From contig NW_021836583.1 in the NCBI RefSeq assembly GCF_006345805.1, forward strand, positions 1 to 23,356: a stretch of DNA of 23,356 nucleotides, read 5' to 3'. The notes under the pieces are model-generated. The model was given only the letters and a program-made list of their open reading frames with translations. It was not told where the DNA came from and ran no database searches. Origin of the DNA: Octopus sinensis. Lineage: Eukaryota. Made by a program: the position numbers and the translations under genes. Below are positions 10,638-20,766 of the stretch, piece after piece (within the stretch, counting starts at the first letter, position 1; every line of letters starts with the position of its first letter).

Positions 10638-11118
10638 AAAGGAAAAATCGAAAAGAACAGAAATGAAATCAATCGTAACAGAAAATATCGGATCAATCTT
10701 GGTAGAAATATTTGTATTCTTCGAATCACTGCCAAATGCTCTTATTCTGAGCCTTTAAGCCGTAGATCCGATTCCATTTTTACATTTCTACGGCAGCCTC
10801 TGTTATCTCCAACCATTCCTAGTTTGCTTTGTTTTTATTCTTCGCCTTTGTAGTTTTTTTTTCCAGCAAGGATTGGCTAAAATAGAAGGTTAACCAGTCG
10901 CTTTTTCACTTTTAGGTCTCTTACCATTATTTCCGTTCTTTTTTTTTTTTTTTGGTTTTTGGTTTTGTAAATTGACTTCTGGCATTAAAAACCATATATA
11001 GTGAATTATTTTTACGGAGATGTACTTCCATAGCAAGTAACCTGATCTGAGATCGTGTGCTGGAACGAAAACAATAGCAGCGTGGAAGGTGTTTATAAGC
11101 TATTTAAGAAACACACAG

Positions 11119-11194
11119 AAACCGTTAGATTCACTTCAACATTTAAAATATTTTGGCAAATTAAATTTAAATGTTGAAGTGAATCTAACGGTTT
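11119..11194. repeat. Perfect 29-bp inverted repeat with 18-nt spacer
   Basis: aaaccgttagattcacttcaacatttaaa (11119-11147) is the reverse complement of tttaaatgttgaagtgaatctaacggttt (11166-11194). Confidence 0.95.
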
Positions 11195-11221
11195 TTAGTG
11201 TATTATTATTATAATTATTAT

Positions 11222-11332
11222 TGAGTGAGAGAGCAGTGCATGCCATCAAAGTGACACTGGGGTAAAATATACGAAGCCCAGCATACCCATCATGACTACC
11301 CGTGTCTGATAAGGGTACACCAGGCACATGCA
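11222..11332 (-). mobile_element. Short non-repetitive block embedded in (TAA)n, probable truncated 3' end of a TAA-targeting retroelement
   Basis: Flanked on both sides by (ATT)n; the minus strand ends ...ctctctcactc-aataataat, the same architecture as the adjacent Dong-like copy; identity inferred. Confidence 0.45.
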
Positions 11333-11411
11333 TTATTATTATTATTATTGTTATTATTATTATTAATTATTATTATTATTATTCTTATTATTATTATTAT
11401 TATTATTATTA

Positions 11412-12236
11412 TCATTCAGTAGTTTTAATTTTATAACGTGCTTTCACTTCACTACCGAGCGCAGCTTTGTGTGCCCTGGGTATGTGCTGTGGTTTGCTGT
11501 GATGCTCTGATGGTTACTGTATTGAAACTGTTTTGCGTAGGATGTTTACAGTGCCCAGTAGTGCAATTTTCTGTATGTTATCTATGTTTGTAAGTCCTGG
11601 TGTTTTTGTTATGTATTTGTCTGAATATTTTTTTTATCATGCCTAATGCACCTACTATGATAGGAATTGTTTCTGTTTTTAGATTCCACATTCTAGTTAC
11701 CTCTATTTCCAGGTCCTTGTATTTTGAAAGTTTCTCCATTTCTTTTAGAGACACGTTGTCATCTGCTGGTATTGATACATTTTTTTCTTCATGATCTCTG
11801 ACAACTATATCTGGTCTGTTGGCCTTAATTTCTTTATCTGTGTGTATTGGCATATCCCAGAGTATGGTTGCTTTCTCGTTTTCTGTGACCTTTTCTGGTG
11901 TGTGCCTATACCATCTTTTTTCTGTTGTTATTCCATAATGTTGGCATAGCTTCCAGTGTATGTAGGTTCCAACTCTGTCATGTCTGTGAATATATTCCTT
12001 CTTAGCCAGGACTGGGCAGCCGAGATAATATGATTTATTGTTTCTTGTCCATCTCCACATATTCTGCAGTTACTTGTTATATTTCTTTTCATTACATGTT
12101 TTTGGTAATTTCTGGTGGGGAGGCTTTGGTCTTCTGCTGCAATTAAAAATCCCTCTGTCTCTGCTTTGAGTCCTGAGCTTCTCAACCATTGCTGGGATTT
12201 TTCTATGCCTATACCATCTTTTTTATCTGTTATCAT
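11412..12236 (-). mobile_element. 5'-truncated, frameshifted R4/Dong-clade non-LTR retrotransposon (CCHC knuckle, restriction-like endonuclease, 3' UTR)
   Basis: ORFs 11928..12236 and 11578..12060 read WLRSSGLKAETEGFLIAAEDQSL...CRICGDGQETINHII(S)GCPVLAKKEYIHRHDRV...ILWDMPIHTDKEIKANRPDIVV...EKLSKYKDLEIEV...PIIVGALG; (TAA)n on both sides. Confidence 0.9.
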
Positions 12237-12439
12237 TATTATTATTATTATTTATTATCATTATTATTATTATTAAAGTACTTTATAAAGTGCAAAATGA
12301 GTTAGAATAAAGAAATAGATGTGTCAGCCTTCTATCAAAAAATATTGTCAAAATATAATAATTGCCCAAAATGAGCAGCTGTCAAAGTTTACGATATACC
12401 TTACTACAAATTTCATACTTGATGACTTAATAATAATAG

Positions 12440-12690
12440 CCGCCTATCAAATCGACTCACAGGGATCTGGTCAGCTCGAGGCTATAGTAGAAGACAAGCC
12501 CAAAGTGCCGCATGAATTACAGGTGTAAGCCATCCGAAACGCTTCCTTACAGTTTCCGGCTACCTAAATTCACTGTGATGTCATGACTCGATCCAAAACT
12601 GTCTTAAAGGTACATGATGACATCTCTCGGTATCGAACTTGGGGTCTCACACTGTGAAGCAAACTTTTTAGCCACTCAACTACACCCCAC
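12440..12690 (-). mobile_element. Very old family A-like SINE remnants
   Basis: ggtcagctcgaggctatagtagaagacaagcccaaagtgccgca and acagtttccggctacctaaattcac resemble family A. Confidence 0.5.
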
Positions 12691-12783
12691 TTGATTCTGC
12701 ATTTATTTATATATTGTATGTGTCTGTCTACATAATTGTGAACAAGCGTACGTATATAAATCTATATTTATAATGATGTAAGT

Positions 12784-13172
12784 GGATGGAAGCACTCCGT
12801 CGGTTACGACGACGAGGGTTCCGGTTGATCCGAATCAACGGAACAGCCTGCTCGTGAAATTAACGTGTAAGTGGCTGAGCACTCCTCAGACACGTGTACC
12901 CTTAACATAGTTCTCGGGGATATTCAGCGTGACACAGAGAGTGACAAGGCCGGACCCTTGAAATACAGGTACAACAGAAACAGGAAGTAAGAGTGAGAGA
13001 AAGTTGTGGTGAAAGAGTACAGCAGGGATCACCACCATCCCCTGCCGGAGCCTCGTGGAGCTTTTAGGTGTTTTCGCTCAATAAACACTCACAACGCCCG
13101 GTCTGGGAATCGAAACCGCGATCCTATGACCGCAAGTCCGCTGCCCCAACCACTGGGCCATTGCGCCTCCAC
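12784..13172 (-). mobile_element. Family B SINE monomer
   Basis: Full head and tail; TSD aatgatgtaagt (12772-12783) versus aattatgtaagt (13173-13184), 11/12. Confidence 0.93.
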
Positions 13173-13185
13173 AATTATGTAAGTA

Positions 13186-14693
13186 CAGGGTGTTCGGGCT
13201 AAATTTCCCAGTTTGCCTAAAAAAAAACACAATATCACATCCAAAGATAAAAGTATTTATAGAATCATAAAATATAAACCAACTAAATTAGGGATGGAGG
13301 ATAACATTTTACTCAAATTATCCGCCCTTAGCCTCCACAATGGCCTCGAGGCGAATCTGGAGCCTAATGCATGCGTTTGACACTGCGTCCCTGAGAAGAT
13401 TTTCGACCACTTCCTTGATCTTGGTCTCTAGTTCGGCCTTGGTGTTTCAGGCAGACCGGTTGGTGTCTCTCTCAACCACACCACACACATAATAACCCAT
13501 TGGATTACAGTCAGGGGATTAGAAGGCCAGAAAATGGGTCTGGTGAAGTCGTAGTAATTCTCTGACAAACACGTCTGACCCTTTCCGGTGGTATGGCAAG
13601 GAGCCGAATTCTGCAGTCATACATAGGGCCTTCCAGTAGCAATCCTCTTCAGCCAGGGTCTGACCACAGTCTCTCGCACTTCATATAGCCGTGTTGAGGG
13701 TAAGGCCACCTTGGTTGAAGATGGCATGACGCTTCCCTTGCTGAAAACACATGCTATGACCCTGACAGTTTGTGGGAGCTTGGTTTCGCAGTCTCCATTG
13801 CAGCCGTCCATGCCACACCTTACAGCTTTGCGGTAGCATTCAAGGCGGCGAGCTGGCAAAAGGTTAGCACGCCGGGCGAAATGCGTAGCCATATTTCGTC
13901 TGCCGCTACGTTCTGAGTTCAAATTCCGCCGAGGTCCACTTTGCTTTTCATTCTTTCAGGGTCGATAAATTAAGTACCAGTTATGCACTGGAGTCGATGT
14001 ATTCGACTTAATCCCTTTGTCTGTCCTTGTTTGTCCTCTCTGTGTTTAGCCCCTTGTGGGTAGTAAAGAAATAGGTATTTCGTCTGCCGTTACGTTCTGA
14101 GTTCAAATTCCGCCGAGGTCGACTTTGCCTTTCATCCTTTCGGGGTCGATAAATTAAGTACCAGTTACGCACTGCGGTCGATATAATCGACTTAATCCGT
14201 TTGTCTGTTCTTGTTTGTCCTCTCTGTGTTTAGCCCCTTGTGGGTAGTAAAGAAATAAGTAATTCGTCTGCCGTTACGTTCTGAGTTCAAATTCCGCCGA
14301 GGTCAACTTTGCCTTTCATCCTTTCGGGGTCGATAAAGTAAGTACCAGTTACGCACTGCGGTCGATGTAATCGACTTAATCCGTTTGTCTGTCCTTGTTT
14401 GTCCCCTCTCTGTGTTTAGCCCCTTGTGGGTAGTAAAGAAATAGGTAGTATTCACAGAACATTGAGCAGCTCTTCTGATGAAGCATTCTGATACCCTGTA
14501 AAAATCGTCATGATACAAGCAGCTCTTTGCCAATATTCAGATGGCTTCCAGTCTTCTATGTCAACTAATGTTTTCTCAATTACAATTTTAACATTGCTGC
14601 TCTCCAACGCCGTTGACTATTTACCAATAAATTAAGCTGTTCCTGAGAAAACAGAGGATATAAAACATAGCCAAATTTAGCCCGAACATCCTG
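13186..14693 (-). mobile_element. Internally deleted Tc1/mariner DNA transposon, DD37D (maT-like)
   Basis: 21-bp TIRs cagggtgttcgggctaaattt (13186-13206, TA upstream) and aaatttagcccgaacatcctg (14673-14693); minus strand reads PYV*LQ[N]SAPCHT...FWPSN(S)PDCNPM[G]YYV, with 37 residues between the decayed second and third catalytic positions. Confidence 0.85.
13843..14443 (+). mobile_element. Family C SINE trimer inserted in the Tc1/mariner
   Basis: One head, units restarting at 13892, 14076 and 14260 (period 184); TSD ggtagcattca (13832-13842) versus ggtagtattca (14444-14454), 10/11. Confidence 0.93.
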
Positions 14694-14699
14694 CATGTA

Positions 14700-14812
14700 T
14701 AAATGTTCGTGTGTGTATGTGTGTATATATGCACATGAATGCTTGTATGTGTGTTTATATATACATATGTATATGTATACATATATATATATATATAATT
14801 GTTTGTATGTGT

Positions 14813-14861
<49 letters not shown>

Positions 14862-15546
14862 TATAAACATATATATATAAACGTTTGTGTGCGTAAATAC
14901 ATGTATGAATGTATATATATATATATATATATATAAATGCTTGTATGCGTATGTATATATGTATGTGTACATATATATAAATGTTAGTATGAGTGTGTAT
15001 ATATATATATAATATATAATATATATATATATATTATATATATATATGTATAAATGTTTGTATGTGTGTGTATATATTTATCAATTATATCGAAAGAAAA
15101 AGAAAGGAAAGTCAAGACAAGTGGACACACAACGAGAGAACATTGAGAACGTATCGATTTTATTTATTAAATCGTTTATCGATCTCTTTGCTGCCAATAG
15201 TTGTTCCCTAAATCCTCTTATGATTTCGAAGTTGGTTCTATGTTGATACATTTGCACAATAGCCGCATATAATATGGAATTTGCTTCGACAAAAACCGGG
15301 CAAGATGGCGGCGAAGAACATTTCCATGCCGCATGCGTGTCTGCATTTGTATGTCTGCGTACAAATATGTGTGTATATATGCGTCTCTCTCTCACTCTCT
15401 TTGTCTTTCTCTTTCTTTTTCTCTCTGTCTTTCTCCCTCTCCCCGCTCTCTCTCTATATATATATATATATGATATGAATTGTGTGTGTATGTATGAATA
15501 TATACGTGTGTGTGTATATATACATATATATATATACAAGTGTGTG

Positions 15547-15598
<52 letters not shown>

Positions 15599-15951
15599 AG
15601 TGTGTATATATGCGTCTCTCTCTCACTCTCTTTGTCTTTCTCTTTCTTTTTCTATCTGTATTCCTCGCTCTCCCCTCTATCTCTCTCTATATATAATATG
15701 AATTGTGTGTGTATGTATAAATATATACGTGTGTGTGTATATATAAATATATATATATATACAAGTGTGTGTATGTATATATATATATATATATATATTA
15801 ATAAATATAAGGGTAGCAAAAAATTCTAGAAAGAATTTTCCGCTACCAGCGGTCAAGTGAGAAAGAAAAAATAGTCAAAGACTATATATATATACAAGTG
15901 TGTATGTATGTGTCTTTGTAGCTGTATATGTGTATATGTATATATATATAG

Positions 15952-15988
<37 letters not shown>

Positions 15989-16020
15989 GTATGTTTCTAT
16001 GTAGGTGTATATATGCATAA
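14700..16020. repeat. AT/GT/CT microsatellite field, including a 231-bp tandem duplication at about 15369-15800
   Basis: gcgtctctctctcactctctttgtc occurs at 15381 and 15612; a unique island lies at about 15080-15360. Confidence 0.88.
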
Positions 16021-16839
16021 GTATAGGGTTGTATACAAACACACATTGTGTGTATGATTGAAATAAAAGTAAGAGAAGACATTAGCCGGTAAATATAAAC
16101 GATTTTGGTGAGTTTTGGGGCAGTCAGACATGGGTAAGTTTTTATTGAAGGTGGGGTGGTTGACACGGTTGGCAGCAAAAAAAAAGCGCCAAATGGAAGA
16201 CGGACAAAGAAAGAAAGAAAGAAAAAAGAATCACAGAAAAAAATATTCTCACTACATAAATAAAGCGATTGGCAAGTGGACATCGATGCAGGATGAAGTG
16301 AGTCTGAGACCAAGACAAACAAGAAGGAATTTGAATGGTTTCAGAGATACCACGACCACTACTACTGTTACTACTTCACACATTAACCCTATCTGCTCTC
16401 GGTACAAGAGCTGATATTTTGTGGGACGGGACTGTAAAGGGGAACTGGTTGCTTCTTTACACTTTTGGGGTGCAACTTGGGTGCAACACAATTTCCTTTC
16501 CTTTTGTTTCTAGAAACTACCAGTCAGGAACGAAAAGCAAGTTTAAAAATATATATAATTCTTTATTTTCTTGGTTCAACAATGAAACACGATGGTATGC
16601 TGATATCCACCTAGTTCAACGCAGCAAGGCTGAATTCAAACGTTTGTAAGCTTTACAACAATTCAGCAGCAGTAGACCAGGTTAAATCCTAAGCGTCTGG
16701 GACAGGAGAATAGGCTGATCACAGGATTCAAAATATACGTCCTTTCTCTTCTATCGCCGTGTCTCAAATCCCCGAACGCTATTAAGGAACGCTATTAAGG
16801 AACGCAACGTCATTCTTCAGGACTAATAAATTATATCAA

Positions 16840-16997
16840 GACCCTCACCCAGTGCTCTGTTGGTGCTTTTTTCATCGACTACGAAAGGATGAAGTGCAGA
16901 GTCGACCCCAGCGGAATTTGAACTCTGAGCATAAAGACGAACGAAATGCCACCAAGCATTTTGTCCGGTGTGCTAACGATTCTGCCAGCTCGTAGCC
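16840..16997 (-). mobile_element. Older family C SINE, 5' part
   Basis: tgctaacgattctgccagctcg, gcggaatttgaactc and catcgactacgaaaggatgaa match family C. Confidence 0.8.
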
Positions 16998-17000
16998 TGT

Positions 17001-17157
17001 TATAATAATAATCCTTCCTACTATAGGTGTAAGGCCTGAAATTTGCAGGGAGGCGGATAGCCGATTAAAGACTCCAGTGTTTCGCTAGTACTTAATTCAT
17101 CGACCCCGAAATGATAAAAGGCGAAGTTGACATCGGTGGAATTTGAACTCAGAACGG
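17001..17157 (-). mobile_element. 5'-truncated family C SINE with tail type 2
   Basis: Minus strand cgttctgagttcaaattcc...aaatttcaggccttacacctatagtaggaaggattatta. Confidence 0.82.
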
Positions 17158-17317
17158 AAATTGTACACGGACAGAATGCACCTTTGCCGAAGGACAAGAA
17201 GCCAAACAGATACAGTGCCGAACTTAAACAATGCCGAACGGACATTAAACAGAACGGACAAGAGGCCGAAAAGACATACCAAAGTTAAATTGTTTGATAA
17301 TCATTTTATTCCTAGAA

Positions 17318-17830
17318 CTAGCAGTATCACCCGGCGTTGCTCGGGTTTGTAAGGGAAATAACTATATAAGCAGAACAAGAGAGTTACTTCCCTTATAGAT
17401 GCCAATTCGGGCTTTCTTAGCCATTTCTGTTTTGGTGTCTTCAAGCCATGAAGTCCTTGTTCTAAAAGAACGCTGGTCTCCTTGACAACGCTTTACGACG
17501 TTGATTTCCTTACACTCCCTTCCCCACAGCTTCGCGAGGGAGGGAAGAAGGGGGAGAAGCAAACAGGTGCAGATGTGAGCGTGGACGCCAACTCCGCCGC
17601 CATCGACACACGAAAAATTATGCATTAAAATGGAATAAAAAATTATGTTAAATTATTTTTTAAATCGTAGACTCATCGTAGACGCGCGCTAATACCCAGA
17701 CGGGCTCGATATGAATCACGACTATAAGATACCCGAATTTGGTTAAACTGCACCGCAAAATGTGGGAGTAGTTAGGAATCTAAATCGAAGGGGACAGACA
17801 CTCACACAACTACAGTTTTATATATATAGA
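17318..17830 (-). mobile_element. Non-autonomous Helitron
   Basis: Minus strand: 5' TC (tctatatatataaaactg), 3' cccg-agcaacgc-cggg hairpin then CTAG; between A and T; no TSD. Confidence 0.88.
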
Positions 17831-18005
17831 TATGACAATTTGACGGACTAAATTGTAGTAAAAAGAGACACATAAAACCACTTTTTAAATAGGTTTCTTT
17901 GCTGGATTTACAATGTAAACGTACAAAAATAATGTGATCAGATTTATTTTAAAATTATTACAATTGACTTATTAAAATGTACAAGACAAAAATGAGTAAG
18001 AGTAT

Positions 18006-18274
18006 TCAAAAATTGTGAGCCAAAAATCGTGGAAACGCCAGTCTTTCTTTTTTATTCCAAGAACCACAAATACTCTTACTCTTTTACTCTTTTACTTGTT
18101 TCAGTCATTTGACTGCGGCCATGCTGGAGCACCGCCGTTAGTCGAGCAAATCAACCCCGGGACTTATTCTTTGTAAGCCCAGTACTTATTCTATCGGTCT
18201 CTTTTTGCCGAACCGCTAAGTGACGGGGACGTAAACACACCAGCATCGGTTGTCAAGCAATGCTAGTGGGACAA

Positions 18275-18311
<37 letters not shown>

Positions 18312-19245
18312 CGACAGGCTTCTTTCAGTTTCCGTCTACCAAATCCACTCACAAGGCATTGGTCGGCCCGGGGCTATAGCAGAAGACACTTGCCCAAGGT
18401 GCCACGCAGCGGGACTGAACCCGGAACCATGTGGTTGGTTAGCAAGCTACTTACCACACAGCCACTCCTGCACCTTGGTTTTTATCCGATTGCTAATGGT
18501 ATCGTATTTTCTGTTAGGCCGTGATATGCCAATCCTTATAGTAGCTTACTCAATCAGAATTCCATTGGATCCCTGCTACTTTCTAATAATGTTTAGTAGT
18601 CTAGCCATTGTGGGATGAGTTATGTAAAATCTTTTTTAAAAGCATGAAGCCAGTCTTCGAGAGAATTGTTTTTTCTTGGCAAATTATCACGAATCAACAT
18701 CAAAAATTGATTTCCTTCGACACCCTCTCCGGGCTATTCCTAACCGCATACTTTCAAAGTAAACAAGAAAACAACTTAACTCATTAGATTTGGCATCTAA
18801 GGAATTCACCAATTCGTAAAATAATTCAAGCACGTCTGCAGGTGGGACAAACGGACAAACACAAGTGCTTGCAGCTGCTTGATGAAAAGGGCGTTACCAG
18901 TTTCAACATACCTGTGTTGCAGTCCACAAGGCTGGATATTGCACCATAAACATTGCCTAAAATGAAAGAAACCACCCAATATTGATGTATTAGGAAAGTT
19001 CTTCTTGATGCTATTTATTGTTGCTCGTTCGAAGTCGTTATCGAATCCGGATCCTGAACACCTCTGCTTTTCAAAAATGTAAAAAAATTCGTCATATGTT
19101 TTCTCTTTTTGTTATTTGCAATGCAATACACCAATGGCAAGGTTTTGCTCCCTGAAACAATAGCATGTATAGTATACAGCTGTTTGCCTAGCGGAGCAGA
19201 GTCAAATGTGCCATTGCCAAACCACGTTTGTTTACTAGATAGTAA
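18006..19245 (-). pseudogene. Decayed MULE (Mutator-like) transposase, interrupted by a SINE
   Basis: Minus strand with frameshifts and stops: TWFG[N]GTFDSAP..QLYTIHA..PLVYC..KTYDEFF..DFERATINSIKKNFPNTSILGGFFHFRQCLW..GLQHRY..YFES..NNSLEDW..THPT..RFLAHNF*. Confidence 0.85.
18071..18471 (-). mobile_element. Family A SINE inserted in the MULE C-terminal region
   Basis: Colinear with other family A copies; MULE-like reading continues on both sides. Confidence 0.92.
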
Positions 19246-19648
19246 TCTTTATATATAAAACTGAAGTTGTGTGAGAGTCTGTCTCCTCCGATTTAGATTC
19301 CTAACTACTCCCACATTTTGCGGTGCAGTTTAACCAAAAGCCGGTATCTTATAGTCGTGACTCATATCGAGCCCTTCTGGGTTTACGCGCGTCTACGATG
19401 AGTCTACGATTAAAAAAAAATTACCATCATTTTTTTCGTTTTTTTAATGCATTTTTTGCTCGGTTTATATAAGGGAAGTAACTCTCTAAAATGTCAAAAA
19501 TCTACGAGTCAACGATAAAAAAAAAATTACCATAATTTTTCTTCCATTTTTAATGCATTTTTTTGCTATTTTTTGGCTATAACTCTCTAAAAATGCTTAT
19601 ATAGTTATTTCCCTTACAAACCCAAGCAACGCCGGGCAATACTGCTAG
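19246..19648 (+). mobile_element. Non-autonomous Helitron, same family as 17318-17830
   Basis: 5' TC, shared 5' region of about 190 bp, 3' ccca-agcaacgc-cggg...CTAG; between A19245 and T19649; internal duplication of about 100 bp. Confidence 0.88.
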
Positions 19649-19660
19649 TTTCAAATATTT

Positions 19661-19831
19661 TTCTGTTGTAGTTGTAGTTCATTGGATCAGCCTAGTTACA
19701 ATCGGTGCGTCACGTTGAATATCCCACACAAACAATACTAAGCCACTTAATTATCTACGTTAATTTCAGGAGCACACTGTTCCGTTGATCGAATGAACTG
19801 GAACACTAGTCGCATATAACCGACGGAGATC
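19661..19831 (+). mobile_element. Old remnant of the family B-type 3' tail module
   Basis: cacgttgaatatccc, acgttaatttcaggagc, ctgttccgttgatcg and aaccgacggag match the family B tail. Confidence 0.75.
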
Positions 19832-20239
19832 CAGGCCAGATGTAAGTATGTATAAATAACCATCAACATAGAATCAGCTAACAATAAAGTCCATCCTTCA
19901 CAGCAAATTAACAATAACACCACCAACCACCACAACGATGAAAACAATAATTTTTAATTAAATAATTTCATAAAGAAAATTTAATTTGTTAAAGCGTTGC
20001 AGATATTTCTTTCTACAATTTTACTACATTTTTACACGTCACATTGGACGTTTTTATGGCTGAATTTGCGAGGCTTCCCTGCTGTGTTATTTTTAACATC
20101 TTTTACTGTAAATATAGTTGAATATAGATAACGTTTTATAGTTTATTGCTCCAATCGAAAACTCTTAGATTTTAATTGTAAACTTTGGCCTTAAATTTCA
20201 GTCAAACAAATGTTGAAGGGCGGAAAAAGACAATACTAC

Positions 20240-20274
20240 TACTACTGCTACTACTACTACTACTAATAATAATA

Positions 20275-20319
<45 letters not shown>

Positions 20320-20376
20320 TAATGACAGTAATAACAAATGATGATAATAATAATAATAATGATGATAATAATAATA

Positions 20377-20428
<52 letters not shown>

Positions 20429-20611
20429 CACCAGGACTTACAAACACATATAACATACATAAAATTGCACTACTAGGCACTGCACACATCCTACGCAGAA
20501 CACTTTCCATACAATAACTATCAGAGCATCACAGCAAATCACAGCACGTACCCAAGGCACAGAGAGCTGCGCTCGGTACTGAAGTGAAAGCACGCTATAA
20601 AAATAAAACTA

Positions 20612-20681
<70 letters not shown>

Positions 20682-20708
20682 TAATAATAATGACAGTAAT
20701 AACAAATG

Positions 20709-20766
<58 letters not shown>

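Noticed and set aside
14470-14520. ctgatga motif as a possible hammerhead
   Set aside because: No stem II followed by GAAA, and it lies in the transposase N-terminal coding remnant; the minus-strand ctgaaga hits near 9340 and 16815 also lack the rest of the core.
18916-18960. Apparent 45-bp minus-strand exon with good acceptor (tttcattttag) and donor (gtatgt)
   Set aside because: It lies inside the continuous MULE transposase reading (GGFFHFRQCLW...GLQHRY), so the splice-like signals are incidental.
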